Position numbers and translations under genes: made by a program
Assembly (NCBI GenBank): GCA_028534125.1
Contig: CM052817.1
Coordinates: 77,316,001-77,380,000 of the forward strand
Length of the DNA: 64,000 nucleotides
Direction: 5' to 3'
Source of the DNA: Lama glama
Lineage: Eukaryota
In this document: positions 1-15,439 of the stretch, piece after piece
Numbering within the stretch: position 1 is the first letter of the stretch
Layout: every line of letters starts with the position of its first letter
The notes under the pieces: model-generated
What the model saw: the letters and a program-made list of their open reading frames with translations, nothing else
The model's database searches: none
Told to the model about the DNA's origin: nothing

Positions 1-153
1 CTCGTATCTGAAAGAAGAGAATTATAGTACATCAACTATCATATTTTTTCCTGCATTTTAGAAAGTAGTTTATATATTATAGGAGGTCTTTATATCTTCA
101 ACGACTCATTCACTTGTAAGGTATACCTGTGCACTACGTTTGTGCGCGTGCAG

Positions 154-154
<1 letters not shown>

Positions 155-192
<38 letters not shown>
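155..192. repeat. (CA)n microsatellite
   Basis: Direct reading. Confidence 0.95.
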
Positions 193-196
<4 letters not shown>

Positions 197-2559
197 CGCT
201 CACAAAGAGGTCCGCTTCCTTCCAGGGTGCTTCCAATTTCTTTGGGAAAGCCACAGCACAGTGCCAATGATAACTGGCAATCTCTGTTACTATGATGAGT
301 GAGGATGGTCAACACCAAAAAATTTCCCTTCATCAAATGTAAACATGTGTCCTGCCAAGTACTTTCCACTTACTTTTTAAGCTTCATGTTTTTCATTGGA
401 AATTTAATCCATGTGTGCTGAGTTATTTATTGAACTCAGAATACTACTGGGCAAATGCCAGTTTGTATCCAAAAAATTACCTCCTCACAAAAGAACCCAC
501 CATAAATAGCCACATTTTTCTTCCTTCCTTTTATTTTTTTAACCAAAATTTTGAATTTTAATTAGGATCAGAACTAAAAGAAGCCTAGCTTGGTCCTGAA
601 GTTACATACAAGTTATACTGACTACACCCATCACTAGTCTCTGAACATACACTGAAATAAGCAATCTGCCATCACTCAGACATATTAAAAAATAAATTGT
701 ATATTGACCTGTTTTCAGATTCCTCTTCACAGAAAGGGAAGTCAGGTATTAACGCTCCCACTTTACGGCTGAGGACACTGACTTAGAAGCAGTCAACAAC
801 TTGCTTATCTTGGTCACCTGACCTACATTGTGGAGAGGAAAATTGAACACAGCTGAGTTAAACTCAGATTATTATTACATTTGATCTAAGAAAAGGGGCA
901 TTCTGCAACACCTCCTGGGGGAGAATACATTTTAGGGCCCAAAGAGTATCTTGGCAGCAGCCAGGGCAGCTTTCCTCAGTGGGATGAGGTGGGAGGTGCT
1001 CGCACAGGTGCTGTATCATCAGTCTCGTGCACTAGAGAGTCCACGCTGAGGCAGAGAGGTGGGTTTTTTTTTTTTTTAAAGCCAAGTTGTACTACAGGTT
1101 CTGTTATTTATGAATAGTCCAGTCCATCTGTAACTCCCCTGCCCGTTATGGCCCTGGCTCAGCGAGGCCCAGCCCCAGAAGATTGTGTGACCCTCTTGCC
1201 AGATTAGGTCTGAATTCCCATAGAGTCCTCTCATCAATATTTATGACTCTGCTCCCTCGTGTGTTCCAAATCGATGTCTCGTCCCTGTCCTATCATTCAC
1301 CTTCTACTCTGACTTCCGCAATTCAGCTGATTTCAGCACGTCTCTCTGCTTGAATATGTGCTAACAATGTACTCAAATATAATCAAGTGTTATTGCCGAA
1401 ACACGTTAGAAAGAGAGCTGGGGTTTTAGGCCCCTTTCCCCAATATTTTGATTCCCCTTCCTAGATTTTGTTGCTTCTACCAATGATTCCATCATAATTA
1501 CGAATTTGCCGTCATTCTTGATTTCTGCTTCTCTATAAATCCAGTCTCTCACTGAGTCTATAGTTTTGCTTCCCATTGTGTCTCTTATCTCCTAACTATG
1601 GGTTGTTACAGATAAATTCCATTCTAGGCTCTCATCACTTCATATTTGTACAACTTTAGTGGTTTCCTAGTTTCTCTGTCTTCAGTCTTCTCCTGCCCAG
1701 TCCATCCTGCTCCAGTAATAATTTCTCATCACTACTGGGTTATATCCAAGTGTCTCATACTGGATTTAAAACTGCTTTTAATGTGGTTCCACCTCACTAA
1801 TCCACTTTGCTTTCAACGACCTGTCTCACACACCCTCCCACTCTTGTTAGTCAAGCTCCACATCTCTGAAAAACACTATGCTTTTTCCCACCACTGTTCT
1901 GTTGTACTTACACTATGGGTCACACATAGCCCAGTCACAGGACTAAAGGAGCTGGACAGAAACCTGCACATGAAATGATAAATAATTTGGGAGATAGATT
2001 CCCAAATCTATCCAGTACTAGTATGAGAAGGAAGACAAGTGTAACAAGTGGAATAGAGTCTGGGACAAAGATGGGAACAGAAAATTGGGGATAGTCTGAG
2101 CAAGCAGTTCCTCTCAGGAAAAGCCAAACTTCAAGAGTGGGGAATGGACTAGTGTACGGATGACAGGCAGAGATGAAGGATCCAAGATAGCCATTCTGAG
2201 GAACCTAGGGATACAGACAGCACCTGGGATGTCTACTAACAGGTGGTAGTAGAATCCAAGCATTAGGGCGAAATCCCAAAACAGGATTTCCATCCTGGGA
2301 AGAGGAGGCGGTTTGACAAGGGGAAGAAAAGACTCCCATCTCAGAAGAGCTGGGTTTTCATGCAGTTTATCGAGGGCAGCATAAGTCACAAAGAGTAAGA
2401 CAAGTAGGAAGACAGTTACAAGATTGGTTCTCTAGAACAAAGCAGAATCTTGTCAGAACTGGGTCACCCAAGCAAAACTGACCAGCATCAAGTGACCTAG
2501 TCCAATGCCCTGCAAAATACAAGGCTAAGAATATGTGTTCCAGAGCCTCAGAAGGAATC

Positions 2560-2730
2560 TGCTACAGTGAAAGACTTTGGACTTGAATTTCATTCTCCTG
2601 CCACTAGCTATGTGATTGTGCACAAGTCCCTTAACTTTTTGAGCCTTGATTTCTTATACGTAAAAATGGGGGAAATGATAAATATTTTACAGATTTCATA
2701 TGATGATTAAATAAAGTGCATGCTTTGGCG
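2560..2730 (+). mobile_element. MIR SINE
   Basis: gccactagctatgtgattgtgcacaagtcccttaactttttgagccttgatttc core. Confidence 0.7.
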
Positions 2731-4194
2731 CCTCTCATTTAATGATAGGCTCGCTGCCCCTCTGTCAGAGCTTCTGAAATCCCTCCTGCCCAAGAAAAGG
2801 ACTGACCCTAGTGGCGGAGATCCAGCCATTCCACAGATGGCAGGGAAGAACCCAGAGGTGCAGAGGCAAGAAATCAGGCAGGGCTGGATGCTGGGATGCC
2901 TCCCTTCCCCCCACCTCTCCTCTTATCTCTGTCAGTCCTGAACATGACTCATTCCCAACACACCCCACGTCTTCTGTGAAGCCAACTCTATTCCAAGGAT
3001 GTCTCCATTCTTTTAGCTCCTTTTGAACAGGCATCTTGCTAATTAGTACTTGATCGCATATAGTACTACAATCCCAGTTTAGACTTCTTTCAAGTATCCA
3101 TAAGGTTCGTGGCATTGCCATTTGTAATTTTGCAAAGTTGTAACTTTCACTTAGGAGTTCTGTAAAGCTGGTTTGAGGTAGTGGATCACTGGCCAAGAGA
3201 GTGAACCCAGAAAATCAGCCCCCACTGTAGTCCGACATACCTTTGATGACATCAAATCATTGCTGCATGAATATTTTATGGGGAAATTATATGCTATTGT
3301 AGAATCTGAGTATTGGGAATTTTCTAAATTCTCTGGACTCATCCTTGATTAATTTCAGTGGCCTACAAGATGACAGTTTATTGATTTTTAGTTGCCTCTT
3401 GTGCTTTAGCCAGCTTTGCTCAACTAAATTACCATCCTATGAATGAGCTGTCTCTTCTTTCTCTTGGTTCCCCCAAATTTAGCCCAAAGTTGCTTTCATA
3501 GTGAGCATTCAACCTGCAGTTGTTGAAATGATTCAATGACTACATCTTGTTGCCATTTAAATTTTTGTAATTCTAGATAGTCATTTTCTTCAGTTGTCCA
3601 GTTACAGCTGACATAAAATATTTTCCCTAGCACAATAAAAATAGAAGTAAAATATAAAAGAATTGAGTTTAATACTCATTTTTTTTTTACAAGAAAAGCA
3701 CTACAAACCATTTGCAGGGAAATTTTGGCTACACATCATCCTTGTCACCAGTTGGCTTATGAATAATCAGGGTAATTCACAATATGTTGTTCAGTTTATG
3801 GACTATATATCTGTATTCCAATGTGTTTTCCACTTGCTCTAATGACTTGCTGAAATGAAAAAATACTCAGCCTTTTTTACAAAGTAATGAGTGTCAATAT
3901 CCAACCACATCTCCCTGCTTCCAGATTATTAATTTTTTGCTTTCATTTTTAAATTTTTTTTCACTTTGGAAAATGATACAAGGACTTTATGGCTAATTAT
4001 GGGTACAAATACTAATTACTAATTACTCCTGACATTACTCACACACATTTAGCCCATCTCTTGAAAAGTGACTATCACCTTTTACGTGTAGGACTCTAAC
4101 CTCTTCCATTTTGTACAACTTATTGTTTTACCCTGTGCAGTGACCTTTAGCTGAATTCCATTTTTCAGTAACACCCCCACAACACACACACTCT

Positions 4195-4850
4195 TTCACA
4201 CACCGTTGCCAATGCCATCACTCTGGCGCAAACCTTTATCATTTACACCTGGCTGACTTGGTAGTCTTCCAGAGGCAACTTTGGACTTGTCACTTTCCCT
4301 TTTAAATGCTTCCATGCTTGCGGCTCTACACCCTTCCCCTCCCCTCAGCACAAATACAAATGTCTGCACAATATAATTCCAGCCTTCCTCTCCAGAACTG
4401 TGTTCTTCTCCCCTCCATCCTTCACCCGCTCCACCCACTGCAACACACACCCTCTGCCTGCTGAGCTGTCCCTTGAATGCTGGCTGTGCTTTCCCACACC
4501 AGAGCTTTGGTTGTGCCATTTCCGGGCTACCATGTTCTCTCTCCCCATCGCTACCTGCAGAATTTAATGTACACTTTAAAGCCCGGACTAAGATCAGTTC
4601 ACTGTGTAAGCCCTTTCCTGGACAAATTATCTAAAATCTCCCCCTTAAGTCTTAAGCACACATTACCATGCTATGTATCTAGTAGTCACTATTTATTGCC
4701 TTATTTTGTAGTTGTTTACACACATCACTTTTTACCAGATTGTATGCACTTTGTGGACAAGGACTGTGCCTGGCCCATCTTTGTATTCCCGCATTATTTA
4801 CTTCAATGCCTTTCTTATAATATGTGCTCAATAAATATTTCTTCACTGGA
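4195..4850. mobile_element. L2 LINE 3' fragment
   Basis: Degenerate pyrimidine-rich tract ending in gacaaggactgtgcc...catctttgtattcccc...gtgctcaataaatattt, the L2 3' end. Confidence 0.65.
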
Positions 4851-6099
4851 TGCATATTCTCTCATTATCTGTACTATATTTTCAGCACAGTAATGGGGTA
4901 TCAATAAAGGCATCTATTGAGATGCATACAAATCGGATCTCAGAAATTCATGTAAGTATGAACTACAGTTTGAGCGATTACTTTCATAAATTACAGGGTC
5001 TTGATAAATGATAAATGATGGTGATATGAGAACACCAAGAGGAAAAGAATTTTTTTCTGCACTCACTCAGCATACTGGAACAAGTGGATATTTCATGATT
5101 CTGAGTCCCTTGGCCTGGTAAAATCAAGAGAGGAGACTGAAGCCCAACTATCACTCGTCCACACTTACATGATCTCAAGTTAAACACTACAGAGTGGAAA
5201 AAACTCTTGGTCATTGAGAAATAAAGTTGTCCATGTTTTATACTGTATTCTGTTTTTAAGCTAATTTAAAGGGAAAACTTCCTGGATGAAAACCATCATA
5301 TTACCTTTATTAATGACAGCTCCTGCTAGTAACGATACATGTCACATATAGTATTAAAAAACCTTTCCCTCTGTTTTATGGAAATCTTGATTTTTCAGCT
5401 CTTTTCAGTGTATTTTTCCTTTGGGGGCCCATTCAGACCTTGTATCTTCCTAAGGAAAAAGTTGTTATTATATCACACATATAATATATATGAAATAGAG
5501 ATACAGATATAGATATCTTCTTCCTAAAAAAGTTGTTACTCTGCCTATGCTCCCTCGTATTTTTTCTAGATCAGTCGTTAACTGTGATCATCCAGTTTTG
5601 GCTGGTTTTCCTGATACTGTATAACCATACTTATGCACATACCACCTAGAATTGGTGTTTACTTGGTAAGTTCTACCTAGTTCCTTCCCTGGCCTATGCC
5701 CCCTGGGAGCTGTGGGATCATAGTGATTAACAGTCCATCCTTCATCACCCCAATTCCAGCACACACATGTCATCATCCCAGAATCAGATTGGACTCATTT
5801 TATGGGAAAGTGTTTGGACTTAGAGCCATATATGATTTTACTTAAGATTAAAAACAAGAAAAAGAACTTCACCAAGAAGTGTCACCATCACCATTCAGCC
5901 TGTCCTGATCATAGCATAACATAGCTGGAAAATAAAGACGTATATACCAGCTGATCTAGTGGTTTTCAAATGTCGATTTATAAAATGGATCAAAGTGAGC
6001 TTGCTTTGCTTAAAGAGGGAGGGAGGAAAGGACTCTGTCCTGGAGGTAGCCAGTGAGGCACACCCTCCCCACACATCAGTCTGTAAACTACTAATCTGA

Positions 6100-6230
6100 G
6101 CTAAATTTTACAGTTTGCAGATGACGAAACTGAGCCCAGAAAGGTTAAGTGACACGCTCATGGTCACATAACCAGTGTGTGGCAGAACTAATTCTAGATC
6201 CCAGGTTACTAAGCACCGTGTTCTTTCCCA
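6100..6230 (-). mobile_element. MIR SINE
   Basis: ttgcagatgacgaaactgagcccagaaaggttaagtgac core. Confidence 0.8.
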
Positions 6231-8379
6231 CAGACCAGGTAACTGCTAAATCAAGAGCTCATTTCTACTCATTGGACTAGCCCAGTTCATCTCTGTGTCC
6301 AGCCCAAGAGCAGTGTACAAGAACTAGTGTTTTCCTAGCCGAAAAGCTCTCATTATTGAAGGAGGTTTATAATTAATCGAAACTACCCAAAATGCTGGAA
6401 ACAATGTGGCAAATCATAAGAAACAGCGCCTCATGCATTTTTAGCTGGCCCACCTGCTCCAGGATAGGCTCTCTAGCTGAGTAGCCAACAGCCCCGTAAC
6501 CGACCTGCCCCACAAGCCAGCCCAGAACAACCCAGCACATTCTGAGTCTGCTCATCCTTTTGAGGGTGGTCTACTCTGTTCTCCATCAACAGCCTGGGAA
6601 ACTAATCCTAGGCATTAGAGGGCTTGATGGTGGCCAATTATAGCAGAGTCCCCACAGAGCTACCATTACAGACCCTCCAAATCAGTACCCTCCTTCACAA
6701 ACCATCCTCGTGATTAATGTAATCACCATAATTGTTGGCCTCCTTTCTGAGAGTCTTGGCCACATGGGGAAGAGTTGAATGTTTTCCCTGAATGCATTCT
6801 TTCCAAATAACAGTATGTCCTTAGTTGTGGAACATGTCATGAGTTCTGATGAGGGGGTTGCCCTAGAGAAGCTGAGGATTGGCCCCAAAGGCCTAAGGGA
6901 GCCAGTCAACTCATTTCCCACAACTGTGTCCCTGCAGCCACAGGCATGAAGCCAGTTACTCTACAATTAACAAAGCTTGTGACTATTGCTATTGTACTTT
7001 TTACTCCTATACCTTTTGAGGGAATATTGGGAAATAAAACTTTCCTTCTCCCTCATACTCCACAGATTTGGCACATAATAATTGTCTTTTTTTTTTTTTT
7101 CCTGGTCAGGAGAAATGCTTAAGTCAAATGAGACTGATTGGAAACCTGGACCCCATCCAGAAAAAAATAGTTGGTTATTCTCAAACTAGACCACTTGAGG
7201 GCAATACAGCCTTAGGAGTGTGCGCTTTGCCCAACTAATGAGCAGCCTAAGGAAGAAACAGGCAGTGTGGGGTTTCACATACACACTATTGCTACGGGAA
7301 TTCAGGAAATAAGCCATAAACAATGAGAAAACACTCCCTGGGCGCCATCTCCAGTTTAAGGCTGAAGGAATAAATGTCTAACTTTAAATGTACTTTGTTT
7401 TCTTACATCACATAATTACCTGCGGCAGGCACAATATAAATCATACAAGGAGAGATTTAAAACTGGAGTACTAACTAACCCCCCCCAAAAAAGTCCAAGA
7501 CAGTATAAAAACAAAAAAAGCTAAACTAAAATATATCCCACAATTAACCTGGGAACAAGAGCAGGATACGTTTGCAGGTCCTTATGCTCTTCCTGGGGAC
7601 ACATAGTTCTTCACAGCTAACATGTCCCTATTCTAACCTCTTTTAACCTATGCAAAAGTGCTACCTCTCTGCCTTTCTTCTACATTTTGAGAGTAAATCC
7701 AGGATGGGCAAGTGAAGATAAAGGGAGAATGGGAGAAAAGGGAGGAGGAGGAGGAAGGCATTGCACTCTGTCCTCAGAGAATCACCAGTAATGATCTATA
7801 AGGAAATGCCTACATTTCCAAATATCTACATTTCTACATAGCAAATCACAGAGGTGCACTAATTCCACTCATCTCCCACCCCTCCCAATGAATTGTTTAT
7901 ACATACATTTTGGTAGTTTTCACAGGATGCTAATAAACAAATTGCAATTGATCAGCCTAGTGTGATGGAGATGTTTAAGTTCTCTTTCCGAACATCACTG
8001 TGTAAACTGCCTAAATTACAGAGACCAATGACTGTCTCCCAGAAACCCATCTGGAAGGCATTTTACATCTTTCTCTGCTTTTCTTTACGGGATGCAGAAA
8101 GAACATGAGAGTTCTTGAATACATTTCCCAGATTATTCAAAGAGGCCAGCCTCTTACTTCCAGCACAATTATTTTGCGATTGTGACAGTGGGGGAGCAAA
8201 CTTCCAAAACCAAACTCATTCTCTCTCAAGCATGAAGTACACTGCTGACAGGGCCAAGGTGTTTAGGTGTGAACTCCTTGGTTTTCCTCCCTTCATTTCA
8301 GTTTTTCCCCTTCAATCTCTTACGGGATCTTGTTCCATCAAATATCTTCCTGACTCTACCCTTTTTCTCTTCAACCTTT

Positions 8380-9985
8380 TCCTACTACACTTGCAGAAAA
8401 AGTCTCTTCTCTGCCTTGTTCCCTTTCCCAGGTCCTATCCTCTCTCCCTCCATTCATAGATTTCTTGAAAGAAAGGTCTCCACGGGGCCTCCACACCTTT
8501 GCCTCCCTTCACTCTCTCGCTTGCATTATTCTGCCCCAACCACTCTTCTGGAGCTACCTTGTGAAGCTCATCAGGAATTTACTCATCACCAGGTGGTTCA
8601 GCGACTTCACGTTTCCCCTGGCGTCATCACACGCTTATGCCCACAGGTGTGACACAGACCAGACATCCCCCCGCCCCTCTCCTTTTGAAATTCTTTCTTC
8701 CCCTGGATTCAGTGACACTTCTCACTCTCTACCCATTTCTCCTTAGTCTCTGTTGGCTCCACTTCTTCTACCGCTCTCTTAAATGTAGGAATTTTTCAGA
8801 ACTCCGCCCCTGTAACTCATTAAACTCATTTAACTCATTTAACTCATTTAACCCTCTACCGAGCTCATCCAGTCCCACAAGTTTTACCTCTTTGCCCTTG
8901 ACTTCCGAGTATATATTTCTCTTCCATGCTAGGTAGCTGACCTTCCAAATGAAATATTTATCACTTCTCAAACAAAAATTCCCCAAAGGGAGCTCATCTT
9001 TCCTACACAGCCTCCCCATTTCCCTGCCACAAAGTTACTTCCCTCCTTACTATTCCTCAACTCTCAAGACAAAATTTCAGCCACTTTCGACTCTTACTGT
9101 CCTATCTGTAAACTGATTGGGCGTTGGAAGTAGAGGATGACGCAGTGCCTCTGCAGAATCTCCCTTATGCTCACAGTGACTATGCTCTACTTCAAGCCTT
9201 CATTTCATCACCTGGACTTTTGAAATGATCACTGCCAGACTGATGTCTCTGCCATTAATCTTTCTCTTCCCCATTCATGCCCAGCCAATATTTAGCCATT
9301 AGCTATTTTCCCAGTCTGCCCCATACAAAAGTAACAGTAGTTGCTTCCAAAACAAATGGCTGGGAGACAACAGTGGGAGGAACGGAAAGTTTACATTTAT
9401 GTACCATCTTGTTTCTTTAACATTCTGTGTCCCATGAATATATTAGCTATTAAGAATATATGTTTAAGTTAAACATCATTACCTATTAAATTAAAAAAAA
9501 CAAAGGAATCGTCTTTTTCACTTATTCTTCTATTCAAAATCCTACATATTTTGCTTCAGGACAAAGTCAAACTTCATCCTATTGTTCAAAGCTCTCTGAG
9601 GTGTGGTCACAGCCCACCCTTCCAGTGTTCTCTTCTGCTCTGCTTTCTGTCTGCACTATAGCACACTCCACAGGCCCGGCACTCTGGATTCTGAGGTGTC
9701 CATGGCTTTGTTTAAACCACTCCCTGTGCCTGAGGTGCTTTTCTTCCTACCAGATGTGGTCCTATCTTCCTTCTTTCCAGCTTCACCCAGAAGGCACTAT
9801 TTCCAAAGTGCTTTCTCAGATTCCAGCATTTAGAATGACTCCTTCTCTTCTGCAGGTTTCCTGACCTCAGCACTTAATGATTCTATCAAAGTCAGCCTGG
9901 TTTTGAAGCTGTCTGTGCATGTGACTTCTTATGCTGTTCAACACTTTTCACATGATGGGTTCTCAGAAAATGTTTTCTGAATGTC
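8380..9985. mobile_element. Fragmented L2 LINE
   Basis: L2-like motifs ttctttcttcccctggattcagtgacac, gagctcatccagtcccac, ending tctcagaaaatgttttctgaatg. Confidence 0.5.
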
Positions 9986-10124
9986 ATTGGTCCTTAAGAC
10001 ACCAAGGAGCCCCAAATTAGAATTCTTTGGCTGTGAGGTCCAATGGCATCTTCGTGTCATCCCTGGTGCTTGTCATTGCCGTTAAGAACTATAAAGCTTG
10101 ATGGGGCCCCGGTAGTCAGTGCTT

Positions 10125-10305
10125 GTCCAGTTATGGTCCTAGACAACCTGCTACTGGGATACATGGAGTGCTTGCTAACATGCAGATTCCTGGGCTCCAA
10201 TTGAGACCTGCTAGTTCAGAATCTCTGGGGGTAGGATTTGGCAATCTGTAATTAAAGCAAGCATCCCACGTGATCCTCATGACATTTAAGTTTGAGAGCC
10301 TCTAA
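10125..10305. mobile_element. MER5A-like hAT element
   Basis: atgcagattcctgggctcc...tcagaatctctggggg...aagtttgagagcctct. Confidence 0.75.
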
Positions 10306-13300
10306 TAGGATAGAGCAGAGTTTGGGGGGTGGTTTTGGAGAAGAGAATCCCTGAGGTTTTTTTCCCCTGAGATTTCAAACCTGGTCCTGCTTGTCTGTTC
10401 AACATTCCTCTGCTTCTGCCAGTCTGTCAATCCTACTGCCCAGCCTGCTCCATGTGCCTCGTGCTCCTGGAACGGGACTCGCCCTCTGTCTCTCCTTTCA
10501 GGAGACTGACAGCAGAGCTGTCAAGCTCTGATTCCCTGCAGAAGTTGGCACTGGCACCTTTTAATTGGAGAGGGGGCCTCAGATTTCAACAATAATCTTG
10601 TCTTTTTTCAGTCTTCTCTTCTTTCCTGTAACTGGTGTGAGCAAGTGGTTATCTCTGTGTTGTAGACATGAGGATCCTGAGGCAGGAAATGTTGAGACTT
10701 GCCTAAGCCTCTGACATATTAATAGAGTTAATGTCAAAAGCCCAGTCATCCAACTTGGCATCCTCACTGACCATTTTGTCAATCAGTAAGTCAATCAATT
10801 AATCAACAAATATTTACTGAATGTGGATTAGGTGTCCAGAAGTGTCTTGTTTAACATCTGCTGGCTGGGCTGGGCCCTGTGCAGAACTTGGGTCAGTGAC
10901 CTTACATTATCCCTGATCTAGGGTCTAATTCTGTACCATGCTATTCACTGTTGGCTGCCTTCATGGTTATGCCAGGTTGCTGAGCTCTATTTCTCATGAA
11001 CACCACCATTTACTACATAATTCTGCAGCCCTTAATGAAGTTAAGAGGAACAGAGGTTAGGCCAGCTCCTCCAATGTGACCAACTGTTCAGCAATCTTAG
11101 CTTGATGTTGTTCCTCTGATAATGCTAGAGTTTCCTTGGACTTCCATTGAGTTAAAATTAGAAATTCTGCAAATAAGTATGTGATACCATGAAAGAAACA
11201 TTTTTCCTTCTTGTCTACCAATCCATATCAGACTCAAAAAATGGCATACATTGTCACAATTAGATATCCTTTTATATGTTAAGGTTATTATTTGAACCGA
11301 TCCATTGCCCCCAACCCCATGCCCCTTTCCCAAACCAATGGGCAGGCAGAACGTGTTTGTGCTACAGGCCACATTCACTGACACTTGTATTTTCATTTGT
11401 TTTCTAACAGTCACAGTGGAGACCATAACCATAAATGTACAAAATAGTTTGTTCTTTTCTACCAGCTTACTTTTTTAGGAACCAAAGATAGTGAAGTAAG
11501 TTCAATGTGCTTAAAAATGTCCACTCAAGTGGGAATTTCTGTGCCAAAAGTGTCCTATAAGTTATCATACATTCTGCAAGGTCGCTTGGGGTGCTGAAAG
11601 TCAGAATTCAACCGTCAGAGGTTACCTGTAGGGAATCTGTATCTTAATAAAATCACCAAAGTTAAGATCTGAAAAATGTTGCCCTTTTACTTTTCTTAGA
11701 TTTTGGCAGGGAGCATAGTCCTTTACTGAGAGGGACTGTGGCCAGTAATTTTACCTCCACATTGTTCCACACTCTATTTCAGGCTGACTGTTGTACATGC
11801 TCTTCCTTTTTCCATCTCATCTACCATTAAATAAATGACTGCCCTGGCTGGATCAGAGGAACCAGGAAACAGAATGTTACTCAGCATGCAGTTGACATTG
11901 CCCCCTAATGCTTCCAACAACTTCCCCTATCAATATCTCTGAAAGGGCCAGAAAATTCCAGTGGATTGCTGATGCCCATTCATGTATATTGCAAATGTGT
12001 TCTATGTCTCACTCAATAAAACCACTACCGTTTTACTGAGTTATGCCAAGACAGAGTTTTCTTTAGCTATCTCATTGTTCTAGGTGAAATTACAAATAAA
12101 TAAAATCTCTAATGAGTTAATTATAGATCTCCAAATGGAGAAAGGTAAAAGTTAATTGACTGGATCAGGTTCACAGAACAAGTTAATAAAGGTAAAACAG
12201 ATGAAGAACTAAGGTCGGATAATTTTCTTCTAGGGTTATAATAAAATCTATTTTCTTTTGGAACATAGATTGACCCATCCAAATAACACCAAGGGAAAAA
12301 TCAAATAATATGATTTTCATTCTTTATAATTTCACTTTGGCTCAAAGATAATGTTGCAATTATTTCTAATTTTACTTTCTTCGGTTATTAAAGTAACTAG
12401 TATGTACCAGAATGACTGCTTCTAGACTCTTTTCTTCACTTAATACTGATACATCTAAGAGTAGACAAAGAATAAGATAGCTGTTTACATGTCCTAGCAG
12501 TGCTTTAACTGTGTTCCATTTTTATTTTTTAAATAGCCGTTGTATAGTGACTTATCCCATCTCTAGGTGTTTTACATGCTTTTTCTATATCCACAAAAAC
12601 ATGTAAGGGATATATTATCATCATGACTCTACAGAAAAGTTACATAACATATGAACTAATTATCTCAGTGCCTGACATGTAAGAATTTCTCAATACATAT
12701 TAGCTAAAATTACCATTATTTTCCCTAAGTTCATACAAGCTACTAAATGGGGGAATTTGAGTTCAAACGCAAGTAAAACAGAATGCTTTTGCTCCTGTAC
12801 ACACATGGCCTCAGTTTTCACACACTGACTCAATTTTGTGAGCAAAAAGCTATCTCATCCTGTTTATCTGAACAGCTAGAGAAAGTATTGTATAAACTAT
12901 ATTTATCTGTCAATTTCTCTAATATTAATTTATGTGTATGTGCACCTGAGGGTCTCACTGTTTTATTCTGTTCTGGTTTTGTTTTTAGCTTTTCATATGG
13001 TACACTATCATGTTTTTAAGAGCACCTTTAGACCAAGAAGGATGCTTATTTTCCTTGGGGATGGGAGGAAGGTGTTAATGGAGAGGCGTATAAATGTGAG
13101 ATGAAACAGTCCTGTTCCAGGGAAGAGCAGGGAACTTCCCCCAAGGCAGAGGCTCCTAGCACAACCTTACACAGCAGGTTGGGTGATACCTCTTTCTAAA
13201 AACAGGACTTGCTCAGACTCTACAAGGCGGGACGTTTGGATTCTACTATATTTCTAACTGATGTTTTGAAAAGTACATCCAGCATGACTCTTAGAAAAGT

Positions 13301-15439
13301 TCCAAGGATCATTTCTCTATCTGTGAATTATTCTGAAGAAGATCTGTAAGGATCTGGACTTCCGTTTGTAAATTAATAAATGACCATAGCTTTCATTTTT
13401 AGAGTAGGAAGAAATTCAGTTTACATTATCATGAAGAGTTCCAGATCCAGACCTCCCAGCCCTTTTCCCTGTGAGCACATATATTAGAGCTAAGGAGCTA
13501 CCCATGTGGCTCTGCCCAAGCACCCTGCAGGCTTCTCTGCAAAGGTCAGTGGCTGAGGAGCTTCACCAGGCAATGTGCACGTCCCTCTCTTATTCTCCTT
13601 TCCCTTCTCTTTTTTCTTATTACTCCTAGGTCTAGTTACTTCAGTCTTACAAGTCTCCAAACTGAAGGCTTAACTTTGATTAAAACTTCTCTCAACTGAA
13701 TAAATGTTATTAAAAGATCACTGAACTGGTGTGAATGATGAGCAGCAGGCCTTGCAGTTCCCTTCCTTGATTAAGAAAATGAATAAGGTATTCACACACA
13801 CAAAAGAAGTCATTGCATTAGGCCGTGACCAGGCTTTGGAAATGCATGTGAATTCCTGGAACCAGCGATTTTTCCTGCATCATTTTATATTTACACACAA
13901 GTTAGCTGATTTGGAAAGGCATCTTAGCCTGGTCTGGGCTAAGTCTCAATATATAATATGATTCCATTTTTATGACAAATTATTATATATATAATATATT
14001 TACTTCAAATGTATTCTATAACACAGCAGTTTCTCTGGGAAAAGAAGATAGAAAAAGTTCTTAAAAAGTTATAAGAATGTTAGGGTGCATCATGAGATAC
14101 TGTTTCCTCCTGGTTTTTACTAGCCAAATTACCTAACCTGAATTTTTTCCCCCTTATTTAAAAAATCAGGACAATAGCTACCTCTCAAGCTTGTTGAAGC
14201 TTGTTGCTTTTGCCAGAAGACTGAACACATTTGAAATCATCAGGCCTTGGGTCACGATTATGCCTGTGAGACCCTGTGCCCAAACCGGGGAGGAGACTGT
14301 CAGCTTCTGGGGGAGTGAACAGCATGTGCAGAGATTTCTGGAGTGCAACTGGAAATAGCTAAGGCTTTGGCAAGTTTAAGACTGAGAGCCAGGGCCTCTA
14401 ACTGTGACTCAAATTGGCCTATGACTCTAAACTTGTTTGTACCGTTCTCTCATTGTTTCATGTGTATTCATCTCTCCCTAGCAAGCCTGAAAACATCTGA
14501 AGACAGCTCATGCTATTTCTGATTTCCCAAAAGAATCTGCCAGAGTCATGGGCTTACCTTGTTGACTGACTGACAGTCCCTGGTAGCAGTGACTTCAGCT
14601 GCAAATAAAGAAAAATTGTTTATGATCCAAGTAATAAAGGAGTGTGTCATGTAGTCATGCCTCTGTGGTGTTACATTGATCATTAAGATAGAAATGCCCT
14701 ATGAGACAGAAGTCAGTCAGATACACTCAGTATTCGGGAATCTTGTGGCAGAGACAGAAGAAACGTGTGGTTGGATTACGAGTCAGGGACTTGGTGGAGG
14801 AGGCTCAACTTGTGTTCAGGCAGGGACCTGGGCAGAAGCTCTCCCGAGAGTGCATGGTCACTACCAGCAGTCTCTGAGAGCAAGCCTTGAAGCCTGGAGG
14901 CAGCAAAGTCCTCTCTCCATCAGTAGACACACATACATTCATTCATTCAGATATTCTTTAATTCTGATGTTAAATATGATATGGTAGGCGCCATGCTCAG
15001 TGCAATGAATATAAAGATGTGTGTGCATGGGCTCCACTTCCAGTGGTGAGACAAATCTGTAAACAGATGAATTATGATGTCAAGCTTAATACCCTATGGC
15101 AGCATGACCTAATGAAAAGGGCTTTTGCAAAAGAGGGGAATGCACCTAGCTTTGAATACAGGCTTTGCCAACTATTATTGGTTGCGTGACTTGGATTTTT
15201 TCAGCTTGCTTCTTCATCTGTGAATCTGGAAAATTATACCTGTTCCTTGGGATTGTTGAAAGTATGACATGAGAAACATATAAATAACAGCTGCCACAGT
15301 GCATATGATAGACCCTCAGAAAATATTTGATTCCTTGCTGTATAATAGTAGACTGTACAATGTTGTGGGTGCCTGAGGGGAGATTCCACCTAGGAATTAA
15401 CATTTTTGCTGGATCCTGAAGAAATAATAAGTCCCTTGT

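Noticed and set aside
2010..2530. Possible old ERVL/MaLR LTR (similar case near 6430-7060)
   Set aside because: Purine-rich LTR-like feel, but I could not identify termini, a TSD or a family.
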